DNA from: Sarea resinae
Taxonomy: Eukaryota
Length of the DNA: 43,753 bases
Assembly (NCBI GenBank): GCA_026026165.1
Contig: JAPEUD010000055.1
Coordinates: 124,001-167,753, forward strand
Reading direction: 5' to 3'
The notes under the pieces were generated by a model. That model made no database searches, was not told where the DNA came from, and saw only the letters and a program-made list of their open reading frames with translations. The translations under genes and the position numbers were made by a program. Below, one piece after another: positions 1-11,915 of this stretch; within the stretch, counting starts at the first letter, position 1, and each line of letters starts with the position of its first letter.

Positions 1-1974
1 ATTCTGAACTACCCCCGGGACTTGCGTTGATGGATTCGCCGCCACTGTCGGTATGGGCGCATCGCTACGTGAAGGTTTCCCGGCCTCTGCTATTCGCTCG
101 TTAAAGTTCCTGACGGCAATGTTGGAGGCCGAGGGTCTCTGAGGCGTATCCCGTTCGTCTTCCGGAGGTTCGCTGTGGTAATCATCGTCCAACAAAACAT
201 TATTTGAGAAGTTCGGCCGTATTTTTGAGATGGTGTCAGAGTCTCTGCTAGTATTTTTTTCAACCCGGTCTCTAGAGTTGCGGCCGACAAAACTCTGGAT
301 CAGACTGATGTTGTCGCCGTTTGAGATGTCTCTAGATCCATCGGCTGAAGCACGATCTTCCCCGGGCTCTACAGGCTTATCGAGTCCGTCTTCAATCCGG
401 GGATCGGAATTGGGAAGCGGGAGATTTTGAGAGTCCGAGGCTCTTTCACGGTCGATTGTGAGCTGTCTGAAAGATGGTAATTTGGAAGTACCGAGCTGGG
501 ATTGAGGTACGGTTTGCTCTTGAGAGTCAAATAATTCCGCGAGAGACGTCTTTGATTATCAGCACCGATTCCGAATTTTTCGGATACAAAAGCTCACCTT
601 CAGGTTTTCCAGCAAAGCACTCTGATCATGCAAAAGTATAGTCCGCTTGTCTGGCGAAACATTCACATCATATGCATCTACTAAGGTCAGCAGGATGAAC
701 GCGACTCTTGAGACCAAAGTCGCCCACCAGTATTGATCTTAAAGTCTGCAAATATAAAAGGGGATTGCGTCACATTGTAGGACTTGTAAACTTCATTGAA
801 CGCTTTAGATATTTGGGGAAGCCCGCAAGGCCGGGTATTGACGAAGAACATTTGACGATCAGGCGTTTGCCTTCCTTCGCCGAAAATGGGACGAGAGATG
901 TGACCTAGAATTCGCACCTCTTCTGTACTACCATAAATGTAAGTCAAATTATTGTCGGGCAGAGAAAGCAGCTTACTCGGAGCCTTTTTGAGATAGCAGA
1001 CGCCGCGGGCCAGTAGTGGGCTGCATCTCTAGTTTCAAATCGAGAGGAACCAAGGCGCCTAGTGTCTTCGCGCCGAATACATTGGCAATGTTTTCCCTCG
1101 TGGTCTGGTTGGCTTTGGTCGAGAAGACCACGGTCTTCTTACTTGAATGGTATCAGCATGCAAATTTGGTCAGATATCCATCTAGAAATATACCTTACCT
1201 TCCCATTTGATTGCTCACAGACAGCCTAACCCCCACACTGATACAGGCGTAAGCATGAAGAAGTCCAAGCACCTTCCCGTATTCTCTCTTGATATTCTTC
1301 TCCAGTTCTTTCCTCCGCACAGGGAGATTCCGAAAGAGGTCTTCCACTGCAACTGAGGTACCCTTCTGGCTGGCAACCACCTGTGTGCCTTTCAGCTGTC
1401 CGGAGGACTCGAATTCGAGCCGGGTGCCTTTTGGGGCATCTTCTGCGCGCGTGGTGACGACAGAGAACTTCGAGACTGCGCAAAGCGACGACAGAGCCTC
1501 TCCTCGGAAACCGAAGGTCTGCAGAGACTCGAGATCCGCATAGGTAGAGAGTTTCGACGTATAGTGCTTCAAAGCTGTATGACATCTCAGTAAGCCTTCG
1601 GATCGGATAGGCCATATGACCATCATGGAAAGGAATATACCAAGAGACTGGTAATTCTCTGGGGCTATCCCGCCGCCATTGTCCTGGACTTCAATGGACT
1701 CAAGGCCATGGTTCTTGAAGCGTACCTCTGCATTTGCACGTATCAGTAGAATGCTCGAGGCTCAGAAAAGCTATGGCGCAGTCATACCTATCGAGGTTGC
1801 GCCCGCGTCCAAGCTGTTTTCCACCAGCTCTTTGACGACGGAAGAGAGATCGACGATGACTTGGCCGGATTGAATTTGGTGCACCTAGAGTGAGATGGAA
1901 GCGTTAGATAATGCAAGCAGCGCCCATCGGATTCAACTGACAGATCGGCCTTCGATGGCCTTGATTGTGGCCAT
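1..1974 (-). CDS. PMS1: DNA mismatch repair MutL-family protein Pms1 (PMS2 ortholog), 5' part; runs off the window's left edge
   Basis: Exons (minus): 1974-1942, 1884-1788, 1727-1641, 1574-1199, 1141-977, 927-728, 677-598, 549-<1, all introns GT..AG. The translation has the MutL GHKL motifs [68 protein letters not shown] and [15 protein letters not shown]. Confidence 0.96.
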
Positions 1975-1986
1975 TTCACCCCATCG

Positions 1987-2020
1987 CGCGTGGTCGTCGC
2001 GTGTGCCTTGGAAAGCGCGT
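1987..2020 (-). promoter_or_regulatory. Three MCB-like (ACGCG) elements immediately upstream of PMS1
   Basis: CGCGT at 1987-1991, 1998-2002 and 2016-2020, within 50 bp of the ATG. ACGCG is the core of MBF/MCB G1/S elements typical of fungal replication and repair genes. Function is inferred. Confidence 0.5.
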
Positions 2021-2534
2021 GGAGTGGATTTACATCATTAAGGTAGACAGTGCAGCGCTAATCGAACATCTCGGGGTCTACTTCGTACTCGGTGCACCCA
2101 TCCAGTACCAGAACGTCTGGGACTTAGGCTTCAGATTTAAACAACAGCGTCTCCGTTGACGAAGCAGTTTTTACCGCATTTGAAAATTGCCCCATTAGCG
2201 TTACGAAGTGGTAATGTATACACCATTGGAAGAATGCAGAGGATTGATTCGAATTGGTTCCACGGCGCAGCAAATCTAGCATTGATGCCCGCCTTATCGA
2301 TTCTACTAAGTTTCCGAAATGATCAATCGCACGGTAGGAAACCCACGCCAGAAACACCTGTAACGGTAACAATTTCGCCTTGCCTGCTATGCCCGAAAGA
2401 TATCTCAAATACAGCGACTGACGCCAAAGCAACGACTGAGAAGATGATTTTGAGAGAGCGCCTGCTGTTGCCTTTTCTGCGCCTTTAGCGAGCTACGTGT
2501 TCAAGGAAAGAAAACATGACTTTTGGGACACCTC

Positions 2535-3734
2535 TCAGTCCCCCTTGGTACTCGGAGCTGGAGCATCTTGCTGAGAAGAAGACTCCTTGTCCTCGCGGAC
2601 GCTGAGCGGAGGCCCCGCGAGATTAGACTCTGTCGTCGGGCTATGTATCATTGGCGGTGTTGCCTTCAGATCATTGATTTGATGTTCTATTCAATCTTAG
2701 CGCTTTGCGGGGAGAATGTTCCATTGATTTTCGGCATACCAAGCTCTCTCACGCGTGCTCTCAGTATCTGGTTTTCCCGAGTCAAATTCTGCGTCTCGGC
2801 TTGATAATATGCACTCTCGTCCCTTCCGAGGAGCCATTCACTACTTTCTCCTTGTGCACTGAGATTTGTCGAAAGTGGTCGGAGTGCTGGGGAGGTCGTC
2901 CTGCTCGACGTCCGCGAATGTCGAGAGGGCTGGCGAGTATTATCAAACGAAGTCCGCGGGACGGGCGAACGCGGACGAGGGTGACCGACAGGAGGAGGTG
3001 CCACGGAGGGAAATGACAATGATTGCTCAGATGTAGGCGTGCTGTCATCCACGGCTGTCGTTGGAGCAGCGCCTGTCGATTGTTGCATTTGCTGGATTTG
3101 AGCTTGCTGTTGACGAATCATTTGCAAGAGACGGTTCTGGATTGTCTATATTAGCGAATGCGTAAAAGATAAATTTCGAAAGTGCGTCAAAGGGACTGCA
3201 ACTTACAACTTGAGCTTCTTGCTCCTGCTCCAGTTCCTGGTGGATTTCTCCCAAGCTCGGCGCACGCTGATGGTGAGGATCTCCTGTAGCGATGGTAGCT
3301 GAGCCGCCTATAGCCTGCGGGCTCGCGGTTCTAAACGAATTGCCCGGGAACGGAGAGCGAGAGTAGTCCACCGAGGAGCGATGTTCGTGGTTTCCCAGCT
3401 CCCCAGGCCCAGGTAAACTAGGGTCGTTGAGATTGATGTTCATTAGAATACTCGATCTTCGGCGTTCCGGCCGACCTGGTGCGGCGGGAATAGAAGCCCC
3501 GCTCCCCGTCACACGATGTCGATTGGAGCTGGTAGACGAGCGACGAGAATCCTGATTATGGAACCCAGCATTCATCGTCGCGGCCGCTGCGAGAGAGACG
3601 GAGGGTGAACGAGGCGAGGGGGATGGTGTCTGACGGGTAGGCATTTCCAGAGTGGTCGGATGCGGGTTTCGCGTTTGCATCGGCGAAGCTGACGGGGACC
3701 TCGAAGGCGGAAGTGAATTGAGGTCGGGAGCCAT
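2535..3734 (-). CDS. Uncharacterised Ser/Pro-rich protein with two short coiled coils
   Basis: Exons 3734-3207, 3136-2740, 2686-2535 (GTAAGT..CAG, GTATGC..TAG) give one frame from MAPDLNSLPP to TKGD*. It contains HHQRAPSLGEIHQELEQEQEAQV|NRLLQMIRQQQ and RDESAYYQAETQNLTRENQILRARVRELE. Confidence 0.88.
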
Positions 3735-4096
3735 ATTAATGATTCCTCTTACGGCGTCGTGTGGAAGACGACTCTGATCTTTTGTGTGCTTCTCTTTTCC
3801 GTGAGGTGTTCGTCGTAGAGCAGCAGTAACGTAGGCTTAGTAGGCCAAGCAAGCTGTGGTGTGGTTGCGCGGCAGTACCTTGTATCTGCGGGGCTCTTGG
3901 AGGGGGAGGAGAGCTGGAGGGAGCCACGAGATTCAAACAGGACCGTTGGCGTCAACGTCAACGTCTCCGTCCACGTCTCGCCGAATGCCAGGGAAGAATA
4001 AGAAGAATGAGAAGAATGGGAGGCAAGGGTCGATCACTGACTGGTATGGATATTGGGATGGGAATTAGGAGACAGCGGGAGGTGAAGTATGGAGGT

Positions 4097-6803
4097 GTAC
4101 GGAGGGCGTAAGGTATCATGGGATCGATGCCATCAATGATGGGAATGGAAATGCTGCTCCTCCGTACTCGGTCCACATTGAAACTCAATTACAAAGTACA
4201 GTAGTCAACACCGCCGAATGCCTTCGCTCGTGCCGTCTCCTGGATCTTCGTCTTCCACCTTGGACGCGTCGTGCCTCTACTACAGTAGAGATCCAGCTTG
4301 CCAGCTTGCCAGCTTCGACTGTCGTGTCAGCCGACCTCTCTCGCTTGAGGCATTTCTCGTCATGTACTGAAGTAGGTAGCGATGTTCTCAGGCAGTGCAT
4401 TCCGGCCTTCGTTCTCGGCCCAGGGCATTCTCAGATACACCCCGCAGCTGATTCATCCATTACCGCGAGAAGGCACCTCACTCCAGGGCCGGATGCCCAT
4501 CCGTTGCGAGCTGGAGGTTCGCGATGATGCACGATGGGTCGATGCCATTTGAGAGGTTTCCAACCCAAGGTCCCAGGGAGACTGGAAATCGTCCTCTTCT
4601 GTCCGCTTCGCTTCGACCGGATCACGGAACGATCGGTCTCCACGGATTGCTCACGGGGACAGAATCACAAGAACACGACCGAGGGCGGAGTACAGCAGTA
4701 CGACTTGGGTGATTGAAGAGATTGAAGAGATGGATCTCCGCTTGGAGTCTACTCCGTACTCCGTAGTGCAATGGACACATAACAACATCAGGGACAGACA
4801 ATCATCCTTTCTGAGACCCCGCTTACTTGACGTCCCTTCTTCCTCAATGATGTTCTGCTCAGTCCTGTCGTTGCCATCGCCTTGAGAAAAGCTCATCAGG
4901 GTCTCGCCGAGATGGTTGTTTCAAGATCACCGTTTGCGGATCTACGGCGTACATCGTACTCGAGGTCTCTGCAAGTATCGGTATCGGCAGTCGCACTTCA
5001 CTACCTTGACATGTCGCAAATAGATTAACAGATCGGCCTAAGAGCTGCTTGCACTTGACATAGTAGGTATGAAGTACATAATCATGGTCCTCGACCGTCA
5101 CGGCCAAGAGCCCGGGCAGCCATGGCAGCAGCCATGGCAGACAGGGCAGACCGCACAGATCAATTGACGGATCCATCCACACTCCGTCCACCGACATGTT
5201 GAATTTGATGTGCCTGACAGGGAGCTCATGCATGCATAAAAGTGCTGCAGCTAGAGCTCCGAGGACTAACGATGCCCCATGCGCTCACAGGAGTCGTGGT
5301 ACACGTGACCGTCATACATACGAAGCTGAGCTACAACCCATTCCACAGTCGGGAGGAGTACTACCTGTATGTAGTAGTAGTGCAGATGATGGAAGGTTGG
5401 AGCTGCAGCCATGATGCCATGATGCCATTGATCCTCGAGGCCCGCCCCTTACGCGGGCAGTGGACGGTGCGCTGTGTGGGAGACGCGAGAGTCGAGTACT
5501 CCGGAGTACGCCTTACAGTGTCAACGAGTGTTCTTCGTCCAGGCACCCTCGATGGCAGCACCAGATCTCGACAGAACGGTATTTTGCTCCTCAGATCGTC
5601 CTCCGAACGGGCCGAGTCCGCTTTCTCGATGATTCGTTCGTTGGCACGACCAGCATCCTGAATGCCCTGACGTCCGCCGAGAAGAGCCGAGAGTAGGTAC
5701 CTACCTTACGTAGTCCACGGTATAGAGTTACGCAGTAGATTGCGGAGGCTCGAGCGTCCACGTCGGTCGAGGTCTTCTATCTGGCAGACGGCGGGCTCGC
5801 CTCATCTCAGCTCATCCCTTTCGGGGACTAAGGAGCATCCATGGATGGACACTTGGACGGGTCCGACCTAGTCTGCCATGGGGACACTTCCGGCTCCCAG
5901 GACATGGGCCTCATGCACTTTCTCCTCAGCGTGCGTGCATCCCGGACCCGGAATGTCAAGGAGCACAAGTATTGTGTACTATGTAGGACCGGAGTCTTCG
6001 CATTTCTCTGCTGGAGCATCGACCACCTACATAGGACGCCCTCGAGCAGAGGTGAAGACCCCGATCGGTCGTAGGAGGTAATGTACTACATACTTCATCT
6101 CTGGGGCTCGGCCATGGTCGAGGCGTGCTTAGTCGAGTGCTCTGCCGGCCTAGGGGTCCAGCTACGGCGACCTAAGGGGTTCCCGCACTGCGGTTAGGGT
6201 TAGACAGGACCGAGGGGAACTCGGGGCCCTTTCCGCCCAATGGACCAATGACCCTTTTACGTATCGTGGTGCCTTGCACTTGGTCCTGTGGGTACCGCCG
6301 TAGGTCGGATGTGTCGAGGAATGGAGATCAACAGACGCTTCTGATCGTCTTCGTCGTCTTCGTCGTCTTCATCGTCCCCATCGTCCTCGTCGTTCCACTT
6401 TCGCCGATTTCGTATTCACGGCCACACACATTGGACTTCGATCCTTTCCCCCCCCCCTGGTCACCCCACAAGCTACCGCTCCTTTATCTTCCTTACAGTG
6501 CCAGACTACTCCGTATGTATCATAGAATGATAGTGCGCGTACCTGACCCTGCCTGCACTAGGGGCATCTCCTGAGACGACTATGGGTGCTGTATCCCATG
6601 GCGTCCTCTGGCCTCTCTCTCTCTTTCTCGATCCTCCCTGCCTCACCCACTACTACCACTAGACATCTCATCTCAGTACTCCGTACTTCATATGATCGGC
6701 AGCAGCCATCAAGGCACAAGCCCTAGAGCAGCAATCTAACACCTTGCTACACGGGCTACCTAGGAGGTAACACTGCTACACTGCTACCACTACCTACTCC
6801 GTA
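4097..6803. promoter_or_regulatory. Dispersed TACTCCGTA/TACGGAG motif copies in the long divergent intergenic region
   Basis: Full or partial copies at 4097-4104, 4160-4169, 4686-4693, 4750-4765 (overlapping tandem), 5355-5361, 5496-5509 (palindrome GTACTCCGGAGTAC), 6507-6515, 6676-6686 and 6795-6803. Confidence 0.5.
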
Positions 6804-7708
6804 GGTGGTTACTACACTCTAGCAGCGTTCATTAGCGCCGCCAAAGAGCGGCACGCCTCTCTGCAAGAGGCAAATCATCGGCCATCTGAAGGTCAGAGTA
6901 AGGCCGTAGAGGCTGAGCCCGGTAGAGGAGCTGGTGGAGGAGAGATAGACTTAACCCACTTTAAGCGATCAGTCCGATTGATCCTGTCTCTCTTGCCTGT
7001 CGTTCCTCTTCTTCTCTTGTTCTGTTCTTCTCTTCTCTTCTCTTCTTCTCCTCTTCCGATCGGTGATCGTGTTGTTGCATCTTCGTTTCTAATCCTGCCC
7101 ACGGTTTCGTATGGTGACGATACCATGTTGTGTCTATTCTCGCCCATGACCCATCTCACCATTGTTACTCTCACGGTTGCCCTCTAGCAATCGCGATCGT
7201 GCTTGCTTCCATATCAGCCGCAGTGCTGCGACAGATACAAACAGACGATGATGCCAATGCCGACGCCGATGCCCTCGACCTCTTTCAAGCCGCCAATAGT
7301 CCCTCATTCTGTGGTGTCGGCCTTTGGATAGGCTTCCTCACGTCGATTGCGCCATTGTCCAACCTCACTCGTCTCATCTTTCCGGATTGGTTTCGCAGAC
7401 GTCTTCGTTACAGCGATACCCCAGTAATCATCGTCTACTACGACAACGAATACCACCACCACTGCTGCTACGACCGTCGAGCAATTGGCTTTTGCACCGA
7501 AAAGCGCCATCATCAACCCCCACGACTGTGACGAGGCGTCCTCCTCCGATTCGTGTTACCGCAAGCCAACACCTTCCGAGAGATATACGCCAACCTCAAC
7601 GATTACAATGCAACGAACTTCCGCCTTGACTTCTGCAGATTTCACGTCGGGTCCCTGAGCTTTTGGAACTTGATCCTCGTTTCTGGTCTGGTACCAGTCT
7701 ACAGAGTC

Positions 7709-10669
7709 ATGCATCGCATAATGTCTTCTTACGGGCGTGAGAATGGGTCGAGGGAGCAGCTTCATCACCGCGACCTGCCGCCGATACAGACATCGTTCAA
7801 CGACATCGATAGCCAGCGCTCGCGGCGGCCTCGGCCCCTTGACGGAGCCATTGATAGCCTCCCAGAATCTCATATCCCTCTAGCCTCAAACCCTACAGCG
7901 CCACCACCGAAGCCTCAAGCCTCGAGAGGCGGCTTTTTTGCACTCTTCTCACGCTCAAAATCGAAAAGAGCCACCAAGCCCAAAGACGACCTACATGCTT
8001 CCTCGGGTACTTCGGGCACTCCCAGTCTAGCCGAAGGGATTCCTGCTTTACCGACGCCAAAGCCTGAGATCACCGTCCAGACCACGACCGGCCAGACGTT
8101 TCCTCTGATTGCTGTCCCACCACCCGCAGCAGCTCCACCGGGACTAGGGATACGGCCTTCTCGGCCAACGTTAATACCCAAGCCACAGAAGAGATCGACT
8201 TCCCCGCGACCTTCTTCCGAGTGGGAGCCGCCGCCATTATTTCAGGCTTATCCTCAAGCCCTGAAGAACTCCTTCCTCAAGACGTCCGTTCTTGCAGCCG
8301 AGACTATATTGAGGAATCACAACCGTAAACAGAGTCCGGCGCCGACCCGCACAAAGTCGAGAAAGTCAACATTGCGGCCTGGTCATGCGAATCACGCCGA
8401 AAGGTTCTCTAGCAAGCACAAGCGTCATGAACCCGGCTCGATCTCGACCGCCGAATGGACATATAAGATATTCATGCTGGTGACTTCGGGCTATCTACTG
8501 CAGTATGCCGGAGAAGGAGCTCATGATAGGTTGCCGGAACGAATCATGCAGCTATCGAAGGACTCTGTTGCATTTGCAAGTGACGTGATTCCAGGAAAGC
8601 ACTGGGTCTTACAAGTCTCACAAGGCCCAGATGAATCGGCAATCATGATACCCGACAACTCGAAGTCACTGTTATCCAAGCTGGGCTTTCAGCATTCAAC
8701 CCACCAGAAATCTGCGGGCAGCTTTCTACTGGTGCTGGACAGTGCTGAAGAATTGAATTCGTGGATGATCCTGGTGAGGAGGGCGATTGAGGATCTCGGC
8801 GGGACGCATTACCATGCAGAGAATGAAGCGCATATGCGAAGTAGCGGGAACAGTCCCAAGACGCCGGACACGCCAATTCGGCCACACACGATCAAGCGGG
8901 ATCCGTCACGATTTTCGAACTATAATGAGGGTGCTGGCACTGATCCGAAGCCGAACGATGCACTAGCTATGAGACGTCGCTCATCGACGAGACGCTCAAC
9001 GGATGCACCATCGGTAGCAACGACTGCAAACTCGACGGATCAATTACAATTAGATAAATTGAGAGAAGGTTCGAGAACGTCATACATATCGACCGGATCA
9101 AGAACGATGACCACTTCTTGCGGGTCTTCGCCAGCTCCGTCACCGCGGACCGACAAATTTGGCGCGAATGGTGCAGATTCTGGACAGCAGCAGCATCGAC
9201 CGTCGTTTATGAACCCGACAAAATCGTCGAGCAATCGGAGGCGGTCAACGCAGACAATACCGTCAAGCCGGGAAAGCAAACGCTCTCCCGCCGCAGATGC
9301 TCGTGTGCCTCATCGGACGTCGAGGCCCCATTCAACTTTTGGGAATTGGGACCACGCGAACGCAAGAAGCTCATCTCCGATGCCGCCTCACTCCAGGATT
9401 CCAAACTATAGTATGCAATACTCCCTGGCCAACGGAACCTCCGTACCACCACCTATGAGAAGCCCTGGACAAGCAGATGGCAGGCCCGCCGAAAAGTCGT
9501 CGAAGCATGAATCCGATCACCGCACTTCAACCGTTGGCAACCTTCCCTCTTTCTTCGATTGGTCCCAGCGCGATTTTCCACCGCGTCGACATTCAGAGAC
9601 ACCTTCACCGACCTACTCGGAACACCCCTCTTCTCCCCGTCCATTTACCGCTGCAGCCAGCAATTCGCGACCATCCTCGAGTCATATTGCAGCTAAGACC
9701 GTTCCCCCAGACAACCGAAATGAGGCCTTCGCCGCGGAATTGCCACTTCCTTCGAGCGCTCACCAAGCAGCTCAGCGCGCATCCACATTTCGTCCGGCGA
9801 GCGCGCTTGCTTCTCTCCCAGCGCCCTCTCCTCCAAATTACCCGCACTTTCCCTTCACTTCTCCAAACTACACTGCAAATCCGGTCTCAGCTTCAACTCC
9901 TAATGTCGCCAGTGTGCCCGGTGCCGACGCAGACCCTAACACAAGCCTATCGCCTCCGTCAACCCCTGTCCGTAATCGGAAATCGATGCCCGCCATGACC
10001 TCCATGGGCCCCCCACCCGCTCCTCCTCCAAACTACCCCTTACCCACCCTCCCTCCTCCGGTAACGCCATTACCATCGCCGGGCTTCTCCCTCTCCCCCG
10101 CCCCTCCCAAGCCAGTCCTATCGTCCCCACAAGACCCCCGGAACGACACCCATGATCACAGTCACGACCATACCCATCACACCCACAGCCAAGATTTCCT
10201 CGACCATAGCATTCATCCTTCATCTCACTCGCTAGAACCCACCCTCGGCCCTCGCGGCTCCCATCACTCTTTCTATTTCGAGCCTGTTGCGTTCCATCAG
10301 ACTGCGCCAGCTGATGCCGCAGCCTCAAATCGTGGTGCGACTCCCACAGCCAACGCTCCCGCTGTTGATACTCAGGCTGTCGATACTCAGGCTGTCGATG
10401 CCGCGGTCGAATTTGAGCTGAGCGCATACCAAGACCTCTACGGGTATTCGGGCTCGTCACAGCCCGTCGTATATAATCCAACGCCCCCGTACAATGACCC
10501 AGCTGCGAATCGCAGCGCCATGGTAGCAGCCAGCAACCGTGCCGCCTCTGCCGCGCGTGCTGCAGATGCTGCGGTCGCATTCGAGATGCAGATGTACCGA
10601 GACCTATACGGGGCCTGGGAGGAACGACCGGATTCAAGGAGATCGATTGTCGTGCTGCCGAGTGTCTAG
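7709..10669 (+). CDS. Large Pro/Ser-rich protein with a PH-like domain
   Basis: Single ~3 kb ORF; first ATG at 7709, second at 7721. The ordered block WEPPPLFQAYPQA...WTYKIFMLVTSGYLLQYAGEGAHDRLPERIMQL...AFASDVIPGKHWVLQV...LLVLDSAEELNSWMILVRRAI has the PH beta-strand pattern and the terminal Trp helix. The remainder is low-complexity with poly-Pro motifs. Confidence 0.85.
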   Translation: MHRIMSSYGRENGSREQLHHRDLPPIQTSFNDIDSQRSRRPRPLDGAIDSLPESHIPLASNPTAPPPKPQASRGGFFALFSRSKSKRATKPKDDLHASSGTSGTPSLAEGIPALPTPKPEITVQTTTGQTFPLIAVPPPAAAPPGLGIRPSRPTLIPKPQKRSTSPRPSSEWEPPPLFQAYPQALKNSFLKTSVLAAETILRNHNRKQSPAPTRTKSRKSTLRPGHANHAERFSSKHKRHEPGSISTAEWTYKIFMLVTSGYLLQYAGEGAHDRLPERIMQLSKDSVAFASDVIPGKHWVLQVSQGPDESAIMIPDNSKSLLSKLGFQHSTHQKSAGSFLLVLDSAEELNSWMILVRRAIEDLGGTHYHAENEAHMRSSGNSPKTPDTPIRPHTIKRDPSRFSNYNEGAGTDPKPNDALAMRRRSSTRRSTDAPSVATTANSTDQLQLDKLREGSRTSYISTGSRTMTTSCGSSPAPSPRTDKFGANGADSGQQQHRPSFMNPTKSSSNRRRSTQTIPSSRESKRSPAADARVPHRTSRPHSTFGNWDHANARSSSPMPPHSRIPNYSMQYSLANGTSVPPPMRSPGQADGRPAEKSSKHESDHRTSTVGNLPSFFDWSQRDFPPRRHSETPSPTYSEHPSSPRPFTAAASNSRPSSSHIAAKTVPPDNRNEAFAAELPLPSSAHQAAQRASTFRPASALASLPAPSPPNYPHFPFTSPNYTANPVSASTPNVASVPGADADPNTSLSPPSTPVRNRKSMPAMTSMGPPPAPPPNYPLPTLPPPVTPLPSPGFSLSPAPPKPVLSSPQDPRNDTHDHSHDHTHHTHSQDFLDHSIHPSSHSLEPTLGPRGSHHSFYFEPVAFHQTAPADAAASNRGATPTANAPAVDTQAVDTQAVDAAVEFELSAYQDLYGYSGSSQPVVYNPTPPYNDPAANRSAMVAASNRAASAARAADAAVAFEMQMYRDLYGAWEERPDSRRSIVVLPSV

Positions 10670-11765
10670 GCCGGTCGTTTTGTTCTCCCCGGCTGAGTAG
10701 ATTAGAGGAGCTTGTAAGATACCGTATTGTTTTTCGTCTGTGTCCTTTTTCTCTGTCATTGTCTTTGCTATCACTACTGTACGTCTCATTAACTATATCC
10801 CATGGTGTTACATAGAGATCTATTTATATATAGAAGCCAGCTATGGAGAGGAATCGAGTGGAGCAACAGGAGGGAAAAGAGGACGAAGGGAGAAATGTCC
10901 ATTGACGAGCATCTTGTTCTTTTTAACCTCCCTTACCTAAACCACTGTACTATCCTTCTTGCCTATACCCAGTTTTTAAACCCATTACCCCTTTCCCCAC
11001 GCCACGGGCCCGGGCCACCGCCCATACTTTCCTTAGGCTTTCTTTATTGTCCCGATTGATCTTTTTGTTCCAGCTTGCTTTTTTTTTTTAATGTTTCGCG
11101 CACCTTTCGGGGACAGGGCCAATTGATGCCGATTTCTTTTCTCTGTTTTTTTTTTTTTCTTTTTTTTGGGGGGTTTTCTCATCCGTCGTAAGTGTCGCTC
11201 TGTATCTACCTTACTCCATACCTTAGCTACCTATATACAGACACACATACATACATACAATCATACCTACATATATACTATATACCATATGAGTCTGTCC
11301 CCGGACACGCCTATGAACTCGATTGATTCGATCCAGTCCCCCCCCCCCCCCCCCCTCCCTCCCTGGTCTAGCGGTACGGAGGCAGGGGGCAGGCGGCAGG
11401 GGGCAGATGCCGGGGGGTATTCTCTCCTTAATTTTTTTTTTCCTTTTTCCCATCGTCTGTCCGCTCTTGGCAATCTTGGCTTTTTTTGTGCAGCTTGTCT
11501 GCTTGCTCTGCTCACCCTCTCGAGGCGCTGTCAAAGGGAAAAGGAGAGAGAGAGAGAGGCAGTGTCGTGTATGTAGGTAGGTAGGTAGGTAGTTTGGAAC
11601 AGGACGGGACTGCGGGACGGGCTTCAACAATAAACGTACGGCCCTATCGTCAAGGGCATTCATGGCTGCGGGCGCCTTTCCGGGGAACTAGAGTAGAAGG
11701 ACCAATTGCTGGCGGCTGATATTGGCTGGCGGTGATTGGTGGCTGGCTAACGTAGGCAATGCAGA

Positions 11766-11915
11766 GCTGTGCTGTGCTGTGCTGTGCTGTGCTGCTTTGC
11801 GCTAGATTATAGGTATAGAATGAGGATTAGAATGGCTTGGTTGGCTTGGTTGGCTTGACTTGACTTGCTTGACTTGCTTGACTTGCTTGACTTGCTTGAC
11901 TTGCTTGACTTGCTT
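11766..11915. repeat. Compound microsatellite/minisatellite
   Basis: (GCTGT)5 at 11766-11790, (TGGCTTGGT)2 from 11833 and (GACTTGCTT)6 at 11862-11915. Confidence 0.95.

Noticed and set aside
6192..6203. GGTTAGGGTTAG telomere-like sequence
   Set aside because: Only two units, internal to a promoter region; too short to call an interstitial telomere.
3736..6900. Numerous 60-140 aa ORFs in the long divergent gap
   Set aside because: They overlap on both strands, many have non-ATG starts, and I found no recognisable motifs or consistent splice structure.
11166..11663. ORFs in SSR-rich convergent gaps (also 26247-27286, 32002-32898, 42382-43592)
   Set aside because: The translations simply mirror microsatellites and homopolymers; they are low-complexity artefacts.
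11833..11915. Short repeat array considered as CRISPR-like
   Set aside because: Head-to-tail 9-mers with no spacers, in a eukaryotic context with no cas genes.
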